A stretch of DNA of 56,111 bases from contig JBFIYM010000003.1 of NCBI GenBank assembly GCA_041605395.1, positions 1 through 56,111 on the forward strand, given 5' to 3'. The translations under genes were made by a program, and so were the position numbers. The notes beneath the pieces were generated by a model. The model did no database searches. It was not told the DNA's origin and was given only the letters and a program-made list of their open reading frames with translations. Positions 37,661 to 47,695 of the stretch are shown one piece after another. The DNA comes from Myxococcota bacterium. GTDB lineage: Bacteria > Myxococcota_A > UBA9160 > UBA6930. The stretch's first letter is position 1; each line of letters opens with the position of its first letter.

Positions 37661-38995
37661 ATGCGCGCCATCCTCTCAATCCTCGTCTCTCTGCTCGCCG
37701 CCACCCTGCTCGCCCTGCCGGCCCTCGCCCAGGAAGACGTCGCGCCCGGTGCGCCGACCTTCTCGGAAGGCGACGTCATCACCATGGACAAGGTCGATTC
37801 GCTGAAGCCCTTCCTGCCGCCCGAGTTCTGGGCGAACCGCGATTTCTTCTTCTACGAGGGCATGCAGCTCGAGATCGGCCCCTTCCATCGCGACTACTCG
37901 GAGCCCGAGCTCTACCAGCAGGTCTCCGCGCAGTACAAGGGCCAGGCACGCATCGGGCCCGAGGCGAGCCTCGAGAACTACACGGCCGGGCGGCCCTTCC
38001 CGGGCGAGATCGACTGCAAGGGCGATCCCCAGGCCGGCACGAAGCACATCTGGAACTTCGACCAGCAGTGGGAGGGCGACGGCTCGGACGCCCGCTGGTA
38101 CTACAGCTACTGGGACCGTGGAGAGGAGCTCCCGCTCTACTACGAGGGCACCTCGAAGACGATCTTCATGTCGCGACGCATCGAGCCGGAGTACGCGGCC
38201 AACGGCCACGACATGTTCCGCGGCGAGAAGCGCAAGAGCGCCTTCGGCATCGAGGTGGACGGCCCCTTCGACGCACGCGGCATCCTGTTGATGACCTACC
38301 GCTACAAGGACTCCGAGAAGCCCAAGAAGGAGACCAAGAACGACGACACCTGGGTCTACGTCCCGACGCTGCGGCGCGTGCGCCGCATCTCCTCGGCCCA
38401 GCGCACCGACGCGGTCTCCGGCACCGACTTCACGCTCGACGACCTACGCAGCTTCGCCGGCGTGGTGCCGCAGTACAGCTGGTCGTGCCTCGGCGAGACC
38501 GAGGTGTTGGCCCCGATCAACAGCAAGGTGGGCGCCTACCCGTACGTGCGGGACCACAACTTCGGCCCCTACGGCCTCTCCTACGCGGACGACCGCTGGG
38601 AGCTGCGCAAGGCGGTGAAGATCCGGTTCGTGCCGAACAACTCGGACCATCCGTACTCGCGGAAGGACATGTACATCGACAAGCAGACGTACACGCCGCT
38701 CTACTCCTTCGCCTACGACCGCAAGAACGAGCTCTGGAAGATCATCACCCACAACCACCGCTGGTCGGAGGAGAGCCTCCCCCAGGACGCCAAGAAGAAG
38801 GAAGGGGAGTGGTACCGGGGCTGGGATGCGGTGCCGCAGCCGCGTGACGTGCGCGTCGTCAGCGACATGATCGTGAACGTCCAGACCGGTACGGGGAACC
38901 GCATCGAGTTCTGGGACGGCAACGGCACGCCGCTCGACAGCAAGGGCCGGGTGCGCCGCTACGTCGACATCGGACGCCTGACGAAGGGCAGATGA
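37661..38995 (+). CDS. DUF1329 family exported protein
   Basis: Signal peptide, NYTAGRPFP, WVYVPTLRRVRR, YDRKNELWK. Confidence 0.8.
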   Translation: MRAILSILVSLLAATLLALPALAQEDVAPGAPTFSEGDVITMDKVDSLKPFLPPEFWANRDFFFYEGMQLEIGPFHRDYSEPELYQQVSAQYKGQARIGPEASLENYTAGRPFPGEIDCKGDPQAGTKHIWNFDQQWEGDGSDARWYYSYWDRGEELPLYYEGTSKTIFMSRRIEPEYAANGHDMFRGEKRKSAFGIEVDGPFDARGILLMTYRYKDSEKPKKETKNDDTWVYVPTLRRVRRISSAQRTDAVSGTDFTLDDLRSFAGVVPQYSWSCLGETEVLAPINSKVGAYPYVRDHNFGPYGLSYADDRWELRKAVKIRFVPNNSDHPYSRKDMYIDKQTYTPLYSFAYDRKNELWKIITHNHRWSEESLPQDAKKKEGEWYRGWDAVPQPRDVRVVSDMIVNVQTGTGNRIEFWDGNGTPLDSKGRVRRYVDIGRLTKGR

Positions 38996-39039
38996 GCCGC
39001 CGCCCCAGGCGGCGAGCGACGACCCATCCGGGCCGACGG

Positions 39040-39076
39040 GCCCCATCCAGATTCCGGAACGGAATCCGGATGGGGC
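39040..39076. terminator. Hairpin between convergent genes (possible bidirectional terminator)
   Basis: GCCCCATCC-ag-ATTCC-ggaac-GGAAT-cc-GGATGGGGC. No strong U-tract. Confidence 0.5.
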
Positions 39077-39082
39077 TTCGCC

Positions 39083-40498
39083 CTATCGCTCCTCGGCGGC
39101 CGCTCTGAGCTCGTCGAACGAGGCCTGGAGGCACTCGGCGTAGAAGGCCGGGTCGGGCATCTGGTCCCGGCACGCGGTGATCGAGATGCTGATGCGCCCG
39201 GTGAAGCTGAACACCGGGTGGATCAGGCCCATGCCGTCCATCACCGGGCCCATCCCGTAGAGCCCGACCATCTTGGCGCCCGTGAAGTAGAGGGGCACCT
39301 GGGGGCCCGGCACGTTCGTGATCACGGTGTTCAGGAACGGCTTCACGCGGTTCGCGAGCCCGAGCCGGCTGTAGAGGCGCGCGGCCAGGCCCGAGAGCGT
39401 CCCCGGCAGCACCTGGGTGATGTCGGTCATGGTGCGGGCGCCGAGCGCGTTCGCGGTGGCCTTCGATCCCTGCGTCCCCCGGTGGACCTTCTGGAGCCGC
39501 TCCAACGGGTCGGCGACGTGGGTAAAGAGCGTCACGGACATCGCGGAGATCTGGTTGCCCGCGCTGCCGCGCTCGGCCTCGCTGCGCACGGAGATCGGCG
39601 CCATCGCCACGAGCGACTCGTCGGGCAGCTCGCCGTGGTGCTCGAGGTAGCGGCGCAGCGCGCCACCGCACACGGTGAGGATCACGTCGTTCACGGTCGC
39701 GCCGGGCACGCGCTTCCGGATGTCGCGGATGTCCTGGAGCGAGAAGACGCGCCCCTCGACGACGCGGTGCGGGGAGACCGGGCCGTTGAAGCGGGTGCGC
39801 GGGACCTCGCCCGCCCCCTCCACCTCGTCGCGGGACGGCGTCCGCAGCACGCGGGCGATGGGCGGAATGGTCTGGCTCATCACGCGCGCGAAGCGGAAGG
39901 GCTGGCGCAGGTTGTTGAGGGTGGTGCGCGCGGCGAGCTCGAGGGTCGTCGGCGGCCGCTCCGGACGCCAGGGCTTCTCCTCCGGCGGCGGCTCGGCGTC
40001 GGGCGCGGTGTCGTGGATCGCGGTCGCCAGCTCCGCGCCCGAGACCCCGTCGATCGCGGCATGGTGGATCTTCGTCATCACGGCGAAGCTGCCCGGCGGC
40101 ACGTCCGCGACGCCGTTCAGCCCCTCGATCACGTACATCTCCCAGAGCGGCTTCGCGAGGTCCATCGGCCGGGCGTGGATCCGCGCCACCTGGATACAGA
40201 GCTGCCGCCAGTCGCCCGGGTGGGGGAGCGCGATGTGGCGGACGTGGAACTCGAGGTCGAAGTCGGGGTCCTCGAGCCAGTAGGGGTGATCCACGTCGAA
40301 CGGCACCTTCACCAGGCGCTGGCGGAAGCAGCGGGCCAGGTGCAGACGACGCTCCACGTTGGCGAGGATGCCCTTGAAGGTGACGCGCCCTTCCGGGGCG
40401 GTGGACTGGTCGTAGATGGCGAAGGAGCCGATGTGGGTCGGCGCGTTCGACGTCTCGAAGTAGAGGAAGGAGGCATCCATCCCACTGAGCTGTTGCAT
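39083..40498 (-). CDS. Wax ester synthase / diacylglycerol acyltransferase
   Basis: LSGMDASFL, RPMDLAKPLWE, catalytic HHAAIDG, TVNDV, ITNVPGPQ. Confidence 0.93.
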   Translation of the reverse strand: MQQLSGMDASFLYFETSNAPTHIGSFAIYDQSTAPEGRVTFKGILANVERRLHLARCFRQRLVKVPFDVDHPYWLEDPDFDLEFHVRHIALPHPGDWRQLCIQVARIHARPMDLAKPLWEMYVIEGLNGVADVPPGSFAVMTKIHHAAIDGVSGAELATAIHDTAPDAEPPPEEKPWRPERPPTTLELAARTTLNNLRQPFRFARVMSQTIPPIARVLRTPSRDEVEGAGEVPRTRFNGPVSPHRVVEGRVFSLQDIRDIRKRVPGATVNDVILTVCGGALRRYLEHHGELPDESLVAMAPISVRSEAERGSAGNQISAMSVTLFTHVADPLERLQKVHRGTQGSKATANALGARTMTDITQVLPGTLSGLAARLYSRLGLANRVKPFLNTVITNVPGPQVPLYFTGAKMVGLYGMGPVMDGMGLIHPVFSFTGRISISITACRDQMPDPAFYAECLQASFDELRAAAEER

Positions 40499-40687
40499 CG
40501 GGAACCTCGCGAAAGGGGGAGCGTCGGCCCCATCCTACGCGGGAGGGAGCGGGAGCGGAGCGGATTCTCGGCGGCTTCCCGCATCCGGCCAGAGTGCGGG
40601 TCCGACCCCCCGGAATGCGCGTCCGGGCCTACCATGGGCCGCAGGCGCCGGCTCCCGCCGGCCGCCGGTCGCAATGGGGAGGGATCC

Positions 40688-41512
40688 GTGCAGGTTCGAA
40701 ACCGCATCATCGTCGTGACGGGCGGCGCCAGCGGCATCGGCCGCGGCCTGGTGGAGCGCTTCCACGGGGAGGGCGCGCGCCACGTGGTCGTGGCCGACCG
40801 GGATGCCGAACGCGCCCGCGAGGTGGCCGCGTCGGTCGGCGGCACGGGCGTGGCGATCGACGTCTCGGACGAGGCCGCGGTCGTGGGCCTGGTCGAGCGC
40901 ACCGAGCGGGACGTCGGGCCGATCGACCTCTTCGTCTCGAACGCCGGCTACGTCACGATCGGCGGGCTCGAAGCGCCCGTCGAGGACCTCCAGCGCATGT
41001 GGTCCGTGCACGTGCTGGCGCATCTCTACGCGGCGCGCGCGCTGGTCCCGCGCATGGTGGAGCGCGGGGGCGGGTACCTGCTGAGCACGGCGTCGGCGGC
41101 GGGCCTCCTCACCCAGTTCGGCTCGCTGCACTACGCGGTCACCAAGCATGCGGCCGTGGCGTTGGCCGAGTGGATCGCCATCACGCACGGCCACCAGGGC
41201 ATCCGGGTCTCCGTGCTCTGCCCGCAGGCCGTCGAGACCCGGATCGGCGAGAACAGCCCGGACGCGGAGCGCCTCGGCGGCGGCCCCGGCGTCGCGAGCG
41301 CCGACGGCGTGCTCCAGCCGGCCGACGTCGCCGACGCGGTGATCGATGCCCTCGCCGAGGAGCGCTTCCACGTGCTGCCGCACAAGGAGGTGGCCGAGTA
41401 CGTGCGTCGCAAGGGCGAAGACGTCGACCGCTGGATCGCGGGCATGCAGCGCTGGCAGGGGCGGCTCTATCCCCCGGATCGGCACCCGGCGCGCTGGCTC
41501 ACGGGGGACTGA
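40688..41512 (+). CDS. Short-chain dehydrogenase/reductase
   Basis: TGGASGIG, SNAG, TASAAGLL, YAVTK. Confidence 0.92.
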   Translation: MQVRNRIIVVTGGASGIGRGLVERFHGEGARHVVVADRDAERAREVAASVGGTGVAIDVSDEAAVVGLVERTERDVGPIDLFVSNAGYVTIGGLEAPVEDLQRMWSVHVLAHLYAARALVPRMVERGGGYLLSTASAAGLLTQFGSLHYAVTKHAAVALAEWIAITHGHQGIRVSVLCPQAVETRIGENSPDAERLGGGPGVASADGVLQPADVADAVIDALAEERFHVLPHKEVAEYVRRKGEDVDRWIAGMQRWQGRLYPPDRHPARWLTGD

Positions 41513-41596
41513 AGCCGCCGGAGGCGCCTCGTCGTCCCCTCACGAGGGGACACGCCAGGTCGTGCATGGGCCTGCCCAGCCTCACATAATGCGGAT

Positions 41597-42247
41597 GTGT
41601 CGCGTCACAGCGTGATCCTGGTCGAGGACGACCCGAACGCCCGTCGCCATCTGGCGGAGGCCGTGAACGGCTCCCCCGATGCCGAGCTGGTCGGGGAAGC
41701 CGCGACGCTCCGCGACGGCCTCGTGCTGCTCGGGCGGGAGGCGCCCGACGTCGTGATCGTGGACCTGGGCCTGCCCGACGGCAACGGCATCGAGATCATC
41801 CGCGCCGCCCGCCAGCTGGCGGCAGACACCCAATGCCTGGTGGTGACCGTGTTCGGCGACGAGAAGAGCGTACTCGGTGCGATCGAGGCGGGCGCACGCG
41901 GCTACCTGCTGAAGGACGCCTCCCGCGAGCGCATCGCCACTTCACTCTCCGACCTGCTGGCCGGCGGCGCGCCCATCGACCCGTCGATCGCACGGCACCT
42001 GCTGCTCCGGTTCCAGGAGCCGACCCGGCCCGCCGGACCGCAGCCCGCGCTCTCCGCGCGGGAGATCGAGGTGCTGGAGCACGTCGTGAAGGGCTTCACG
42101 TTCCCCGAGATCGCCGACCTGCTCGGCATCACGAAGCACACGGTGACGACCCACGTGCGCCGCATCTACCGCAAGCTCGAGGTGCGCTCACGCGGGGAGG
42201 CCGTGTTCGAGGCGCTCCAGCTCGGCATCGTCGAACTCGACGACTGA
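41597..42247 (+). CDS. NarL/LuxR-family response regulator
   Basis: VEDD, VDLGLPDG, GYLLKD, LSAREIEVL, HVRRIYRKL. Confidence 0.93.
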   Translation: MSRHSVILVEDDPNARRHLAEAVNGSPDAELVGEAATLRDGLVLLGREAPDVVIVDLGLPDGNGIEIIRAARQLAADTQCLVVTVFGDEKSVLGAIEAGARGYLLKDASRERIATSLSDLLAGGAPIDPSIARHLLLRFQEPTRPAGPQPALSAREIEVLEHVVKGFTFPEIADLLGITKHTVTTHVRRIYRKLEVRSRGEAVFEALQLGIVELDD

Positions 42248-42309
42248 CGCCGCGGCGCCCGATCCGACGCGACACCGCGGCCCGGAGGCGGGTTGGGGTG
42301 GGCGGAGAC

Positions 42310-44127
42310 CTAGGCCTCGGACCACGGCAGCGTGATGGTGACGCGGGAGCCCTCCGCGGTGCTCGCGACCTCGAGCGCGGCGCCGATCTCGTCCGCGCGC
42401 CGGCGCATGTTGGCGAGCCCCCTCCCCGCCCGGGCGGCCTCGGGGTCGAAGCGAACGCCGTCGTCCCACACCTCGAGGCGGATTCCCCCGGGCGACGGCG
42501 CGCCCTCGACCCGCAGGGTGGTGGCCCGGGCGTGGCGCACGACGTTCGCGATGGCCTCCTGGAGCACGCGCAGCAGGTGGAGAGAGCGCTCGGGCCCGAG
42601 GCGGACCGTGCCGGGAAGCGCGCCCACGCGCCAGTCGAGGCGTAGGCCGCTCGCGTCGAGCAGCGGATCGATCCGCGCGCGCAGCGCACCGAGCAGCGCG
42701 GGGAGGTCTGCGAGCCCGGGGTCGAGCGAATCGATCACCACCCGCATGTCTGCGAGCGCCGTCCGCAGGGCCCGGGCGGTCGCCTCGGGCGTGCCGCCCC
42801 CCGATTCGACCAGGGTCAGCGCCGACACCAGATGGCCGCCCATGCCGTCGTGCATCTCGCGCATGATGCGTTCCCGCTCGGCGGCGATCATGCGCTCGCG
42901 CTCGAGGGCGCGTAGGCGCTCGTGATTCCGGGCCAGCTCCGCGCTCTTCTGCGCGACCCGCTGCTCGAGCTCCCGGTTCAGCCGGGCGGCCGCATCGAGC
43001 GACGAGACGAAGCGCACGACCAGGCTCGCTCCGAAACCGAGCACGATCACCGGCACGAGATAGGCGAGCAGGTGGACGCCCGTCGCCTCGACCCACCCCA
43101 TCTGGACGCCGAAGTCGTGGACCGCGAAGACCAGCCCGAGCGCGCCGCCCGTCAGATAGAGCGCGCGCTCCCACGGCGAGAAGCGCCGCTGATGGCCGAG
43201 GATGGTCAGCGTCGCGTAGCCACCGACGACGAGGCTCCCGGCGTGGAGGGCGTTGGTGACGTCGTAGAAGACCTCGATCGGGGCGAGCGCCGTGGCGGCG
43301 ACGGCGAGGAGCGCGAAGGCGAGCAGCGCGCGCTCGACGTTCGGGCGATCGAATCCGAGCAGGCGATGCGCCCAGATGGCGAGGGCGACCGCGAAGCACT
43401 CGATGGGGGGGTGGATGATGCGCTCCCACGTCCAGTGCGGCACCGGCACGTCGCGCACCCAGTAGTTGAGGCTGGTGACCGACCAGAGCAGGATGGCGAG
43501 CCCGAACCAGCCGTAGACGGGATCGCGGCGCGTGCCCGCCCAGAGCGCGAGGATGAAGAGCGCCGTGAGCCAGGCCACGGCCGTGGCGAGCCGCGCGAGG
43601 CTCAGGCGCAGCGTGGTGAGTCGGTCGTAGATGGGCCGGAGCGCCGCCTCCGGCCCCACCGACACCGGCCCGAGCCCTCCGTGCGCATGCGGGTACGCGA
43701 ACAGACGGACGCCGAGCACGTTGCGCCCCTGCGTGAGCAGGGGCGCGGGGACCCGGAAGAAGAGGGGCCGATTGAAATTGTGCGCGACCGGCTCCTCGAA
43801 GCTTCCTCCCGAGCCGATGCGCACGCCGTTCACGTGGACCTCGGCGTTCATGTTCACGCTCGGAAGCAGCACCGCCCAGGTCTCCCCGCCCGCGGTCGGC
43901 CCGTCGAAGGCGAGCTCGTACCAGCCGAAGCCGCCCGCCTCGGGCCGCCGCTCCCGCCACGCGTCGGGGAGCGACACCTGCAACCCCGCCGCCTCGTCGC
44001 GGGCGGGCCCCGGCAGGTCACCGAGCCGGAAGCGGGCGTCGCGGAGGACCGTGACCTCCCGGTCCGACGTCGCAGCGGTGCACCCGATTGCGAGGACGAC
44101 GGCCAGCGTGAGTCGCAAGGCCCGCAC
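42310..44127 (-). CDS. Membrane sensor kinase (periplasmic beta domain, 7TM, HisKA_3)
   Basis: ERERIMREMHDGMG, QEAIANVVRHA, DDGVRFD, GRGLANM. Convergent with the NarL-type regulator. Confidence 0.9.
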   Translation of the reverse strand: MRALRLTLAVVLAIGCTAATSDREVTVLRDARFRLGDLPGPARDEAAGLQVSLPDAWRERRPEAGGFGWYELAFDGPTAGGETWAVLLPSVNMNAEVHVNGVRIGSGGSFEEPVAHNFNRPLFFRVPAPLLTQGRNVLGVRLFAYPHAHGGLGPVSVGPEAALRPIYDRLTTLRLSLARLATAVAWLTALFILALWAGTRRDPVYGWFGLAILLWSVTSLNYWVRDVPVPHWTWERIIHPPIECFAVALAIWAHRLLGFDRPNVERALLAFALLAVAATALAPIEVFYDVTNALHAGSLVVGGYATLTILGHQRRFSPWERALYLTGGALGLVFAVHDFGVQMGWVEATGVHLLAYLVPVIVLGFGASLVVRFVSSLDAAARLNRELEQRVAQKSAELARNHERLRALERERMIAAERERIMREMHDGMGGHLVSALTLVESGGGTPEATARALRTALADMRVVIDSLDPGLADLPALLGALRARIDPLLDASGLRLDWRVGALPGTVRLGPERSLHLLRVLQEAIANVVRHARATTLRVEGAPSPGGIRLEVWDDGVRFDPEAARAGRGLANMRRRADEIGAALEVASTAEGSRVTITLPWSEA

Positions 44128-44220
44128 GGTGACCCCAGCGCCGGGAGTGGAGGGCCCGGCTCCCGGAGTCTAGGTGTAGCCCAGCGCACGCAGCGAGCGA
44201 CGCGGGCCTCGAGCCGTCGA

Positions 44221-45393
44221 TCAGACCTCGACGGGCAGCGCCGCGAAGCCGCGCACGTTGACCGAGTGGACCCGCGCGATCCCCTCGGGCACCACCTGGT
44301 AGCCGGGGAAGCGCTTCCACCACTCCTCGAAGGCCACGCGCGCCTCGAGTCGCGCCAGCGACGCGCCCATGCAGAAGTGCGTGCCGCGCCCGAACGAGAG
44401 CATCGCGCTGGTATCGCGGCCGATGTCGTAGATGTCGGGCGCCTCGAAGACGGCGGGGTCGCGGTTCGCCGAGCCGACGAGGAGCAGCACGCTCTCGCCA
44501 GCGGGGATCGTGGTGCCGCGCACCGTCACGTCCTCGAGCGTGATTCGCATCAGGAGCTGCGTGGAGTTGTCGTAGCGGAGCGTCTCCTCGACCCAGTCGG
44601 GGATGAGCGACAGGTCGTCGGCGAGGCGCTTCCGCTCGGCGGGGTTCCGCCAGAGCCAGTAGAGCGCGTTGCCGAGCAGCTTCGTCGTGGTCTCGTTGCC
44701 GGCCACGATCATCAGGTTGCAGAACCCGAGCAGGTCGTCGTCGCTCGGCTTGAAGCCGTCATCGTCGAGCGCGAGCAGCGCCGAGAGGAGGTCGTCCCCG
44801 GGGTTCTTGCGGAAGGCGACGATCCGGTCCTTGAAGTAGCTGCGGATCTTGAAGAACGCCTCGGTGCCCGCGGGCGGCACGTCGACGTCGCCCTCGTCGC
44901 GATGCACCAGGAGGTCCGCCCAGCTCCGGAGCTCCGCGCGATCCGCCTCCGGCACGCCCAGCATCTCGCTGATGACGTCCATCGGGAGCTTGCCGGCGAA
45001 GTCGGCGATCACGTCGAAGCGCCCGGCCCCGACCAGCGCGTCGAGGTGTGCCACCGTGATCTCGCGGATGCGGGGCTCGAGCTCGGCCACGCGCCGGGGC
45101 GTGAAGCCGCGCGAGACCAGCCCGCGGAAGCGGGTGTGCTCCGGCGGGTCCATCGCGAGGAACGAGGTGCCGGCGCGCGCGCCGGCCCGCCCCGCGGTCG
45201 GGTCGATCGAGACGCCCTCGCGGTTCGAGAACAGCTTCGGCGCCTTGAAGGCCGCGAGCACGTCGTCGTGGCGGGAGAGCGCCCAGAAGCTCGCGTCGGC
45301 GTTGTGATAGACCGGGGCCTCCTCGCGCAGCCGTGCGTAGAGCGGATACGGGTCCTCGTGGAACGCGTAGGCGTAGGGCGAGAACTCGAGCAT
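44221..45393 (-). CDS. Cytochrome P450, CYP123 (Rv0766c)-like
   Basis: FHEDPYP.Y.RLR.EAP, AGNETTTKLLGNA, EETLRYD, FGRGTHFCMG, RVHS.NVRGF. Confidence 0.85.
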   Translation of the reverse strand: MLEFSPYAYAFHEDPYPLYARLREEAPVYHNADASFWALSRHDDVLAAFKAPKLFSNREGVSIDPTAGRAGARAGTSFLAMDPPEHTRFRGLVSRGFTPRRVAELEPRIREITVAHLDALVGAGRFDVIADFAGKLPMDVISEMLGVPEADRAELRSWADLLVHRDEGDVDVPPAGTEAFFKIRSYFKDRIVAFRKNPGDDLLSALLALDDDGFKPSDDDLLGFCNLMIVAGNETTTKLLGNALYWLWRNPAERKRLADDLSLIPDWVEETLRYDNSTQLLMRITLEDVTVRGTTIPAGESVLLLVGSANRDPAVFEAPDIYDIGRDTSAMLSFGRGTHFCMGASLARLEARVAFEEWWKRFPGYQVVPEGIARVHSVNVRGFAALPVEV

Positions 45394-45411
45394 CCGCTCA
45401 GGGTAGGCCCC

Positions 45412-45433
45412 TTACATTTCGTACGCAATGTAA
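45412..45433. promoter_or_regulatory. Operator copy 3 (perfect arms, upstream of the CYP123-like gene)
   Basis: (C)TTACATT-tcgtacgc-AATGTAA(G), an AT-rich palindrome in GC-rich DNA. Confidence 0.8.
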
Positions 45434-45501
45434 GTGGCTCGCATGCGCCGGGCGGCGGATCCGGGCTACCAACGGAACCCGCCCGCGAAGGAGCCCCCCG
45501 C

Positions 45502-46248
45502 ATGGTCCGAACCCTCTTCGTCGCCCTGACCCTCGTCGCGGCGTTCCTCACCGCGGCCGTCACCCGGGACGCGTTGGCGGAGCGCATCGCCGCCGCCGAC
45601 CGCAGCGACGCGGACCGCGCGCGCGACGCCGACCGCAAGCCCGCCGCCGTCCTCGCCTTCCTCGGCATCGAGCCCGGCATGAAGGTGCTCGACGCGATCG
45701 CCGCCGGTGGCTGGTACAGCGAGGTGCTCGCCGCGGCGGTCGGGCCCGACGGGAAGGTCTACGCGCAGAACCCCGACTTCGTGCTGAAGTTCCGCGAGGG
45801 CGCGAACGACAAGGCCCTCACCGCCCGCCTGGCCGGGGGCCGGCTGCCGAACGTGGAGCGCGTCGACGCCGACCTCGCCGATCTGCCCGTCGCCGACGGC
45901 TCCCTCGACGCGGCCTTCACCGCGCTCAACTTCCACGACATCTACAACAACCCGGGCGGGGAGGAGGCCGCGCTCGCCTTCCTCACGACCGTGGCGCGCA
46001 AGCTCAAGCCCGGCGGCGTGCTCGGGATCGTCGACCACCAGGGCAGCGCCGGACAGGACAACCAGGCGCTCCACCGCATCGAGAAGCGCCTCGTGGTGGA
46101 GGTCGTCGCGAAGAGCCCGCTCGTGCTCGAGGCCGAGAGCGACGTGCTGGCGAATCCGGCGGACGACCACACGCAGCAGGTGTTCGCACCCGGGATCCGC
46201 GGCAAGACCGACCGCTTCGTGCTCCGCCTGCGGAAGCCGGCGTCCTAG
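45502..46248 (+). CDS. Exported class I SAM-methyltransferase-like protein
   Basis: Signal peptide, RDADRKP, GIEPGMKVLD..AGGWYSE, LKPGG..GIVDH, IRGKTDRF. Confidence 0.82.
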   Translation: MVRTLFVALTLVAAFLTAAVTRDALAERIAAADRSDADRARDADRKPAAVLAFLGIEPGMKVLDAIAAGGWYSEVLAAAVGPDGKVYAQNPDFVLKFREGANDKALTARLAGGRLPNVERVDADLADLPVADGSLDAAFTALNFHDIYNNPGGEEAALAFLTTVARKLKPGGVLGIVDHQGSAGQDNQALHRIEKRLVVEVVAKSPLVLEAESDVLANPADDHTQQVFAPGIRGKTDRFVLRLRKPAS

Positions 46249-46269
46249 GCGAGGACCGCGCCGATCCGG

Positions 46270-46518
46270 CTACGGACACACCCCGAGCGTGTCGCCGTGC
46301 GCGAGGTGGGCGGACACGGCCGAGGCCGCCACGCGGAGGGTCCGGGTCCTGCGCTCGCCCTCGTCGAGCGACTGGTGACAGACGGCGACCCGCGCCTCGG
46401 GCAGCGTCGTCGTGGTCGGGGTCGGCGTCACCGTGGGGGTCGGGTCCGACAGCACCGCGGCCGGGGCCAGCAGGATCAGCGCGATCGACAGGGCGAGGCC
46501 AGACGGCTTCAGCTTCAC
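46270..46518 (-). CDS. Small secreted protein with Pro/Thr linker and VCH...AHLAHGD.LG.C motif
   Basis: Signal peptide, DPTPTVTPTPTTTT linker, then a ~40-aa Cys/His module. Confidence 0.6.
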   Translation of the reverse strand: MKLKPSGLALSIALILLAPAAVLSDPTPTVTPTPTTTTLPEARVAVCHQSLDEGERRTRTLRVAASAVSAHLAHGDTLGVCP

Positions 46519-46643
46519 GGGCAACGCGAGCCCTCCTACACTGCTTCCGGTGCGACCTTCGCCAGCACCCATGGCCGAGAACCCGGGCGCATTCTGCTAC
46601 GGGGCCACGGAATTGTCGAGCACGCACTTTCGAGGGGACCGGC

Positions 46644-47621
46644 GTGGAGCTCGTGATCAGCTACGACATGCGGGCCCCGGCCTTCGGCGCGCCGGCGCGC
46701 GAGCTCTACGCGGCCGCGCTCGACCAGGTCGCCTGGGCCGACGGCCTCGGCTTCGACAGCGGGGGGCTCGGCGAGCACCACGGCTCGCCCGACGGCTACA
46801 ACCCCTCGCCGCTGATCCTGGCGAGCGCCATGGGCGCGCGCACGAAGCGGATCCGGTTCCGGACGGCCGTCGTCCTGGCGCCGCTCTACGACCCGATCAA
46901 GCTGGCCGAGGACGCCGCCGTCACCCAGCTCGCGACGGGCGGCCGCCTCCTGCTCGGGATCGGCGGCGGCTATCGGCCGAGCGAGTTCGAGACGTTCGGC
47001 CGGAAGCTCGAGGACCGCTGGCGCGTGGTGGGCGAGACCATCGAGCTCTTGCGCCTCGCCTGGACGGGTGAGCCCTTCACCTGGCAGGGACGACGCTGCG
47101 TCGTCACCCCCCGCCCCGACCCGCCGCCGCCCATCCTGCTGGGTGGGGGGACCCCGGCGGCGGCGCGCCGCGCCGCGCGCATCGCGGACGGCTGGTTCCC
47201 GCCGCTCGAGCCCCGGCTCTGGCCCCCCTATCGCGAGGAGTGCCTGAAGCTCGGCAAGCCCGACCCGGGCGAGTACCCGAGACAGGGCCCCATCTTCCTG
47301 TGGATCTCGAAGGACCCGGACCGCGACTGGGAGCGCATCGCGCCGCACGCGCTCCACCAGCTCCGCTCCTACAGCGAGTGGACGGTCGAGGCCTACGGGA
47401 AGCCGTCGGGGCCCTACGCCAAGCAGATCACGCCCGAGACGGTGCGGAACAGCCCGGCCTACCAGGTGCTGACGCCCGAGGAGACGCTGGCGCTCGCCGA
47501 GAAGCTGGGCTCGCACAGCGTCCTCTACCTGAACCCGCTGCTGGCCGGCCTCGACCCGGCCTTCGCGAACGCCATGCTCCAGCTCTACGAGCGCGAGGTG
47601 CATCCCTACCTGCAGCGCTAG
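46644..47621 (+). CDS. Luciferase-like (LLM class) flavin-dependent oxidoreductase
   Basis: EHHGSPDGYNPSP, PLYDPIKLAED, GGGYRPSEF, ARRAARIADG. Confidence 0.9.
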   Translation: MELVISYDMRAPAFGAPARELYAAALDQVAWADGLGFDSGGLGEHHGSPDGYNPSPLILASAMGARTKRIRFRTAVVLAPLYDPIKLAEDAAVTQLATGGRLLLGIGGGYRPSEFETFGRKLEDRWRVVGETIELLRLAWTGEPFTWQGRRCVVTPRPDPPPPILLGGGTPAAARRAARIADGWFPPLEPRLWPPYREECLKLGKPDPGEYPRQGPIFLWISKDPDRDWERIAPHALHQLRSYSEWTVEAYGKPSGPYAKQITPETVRNSPAYQVLTPEETLALAEKLGSHSVLYLNPLLAGLDPAFANAMLQLYEREVHPYLQR

Positions 47622-47641
47622 GCCCCGCGGGGCACATGCCG

Positions 47642-47675
47642 TTTCAGACGACTTAATTATTGCAGTTGCCTGAAA
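47642..47675. promoter_or_regulatory. Tandem palindromic operators upstream of the TetR gene
   Basis: TTTCAG-acga-CTTAAT and TTGCAG-ttgc-CTGAAA (consensus TTTCAG-N4-CTGAAA), 18 bp apart in an AT-rich patch. Confidence 0.65.
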
Positions 47676-47695
47676 TTAATGGTACTGCTGAGGCC

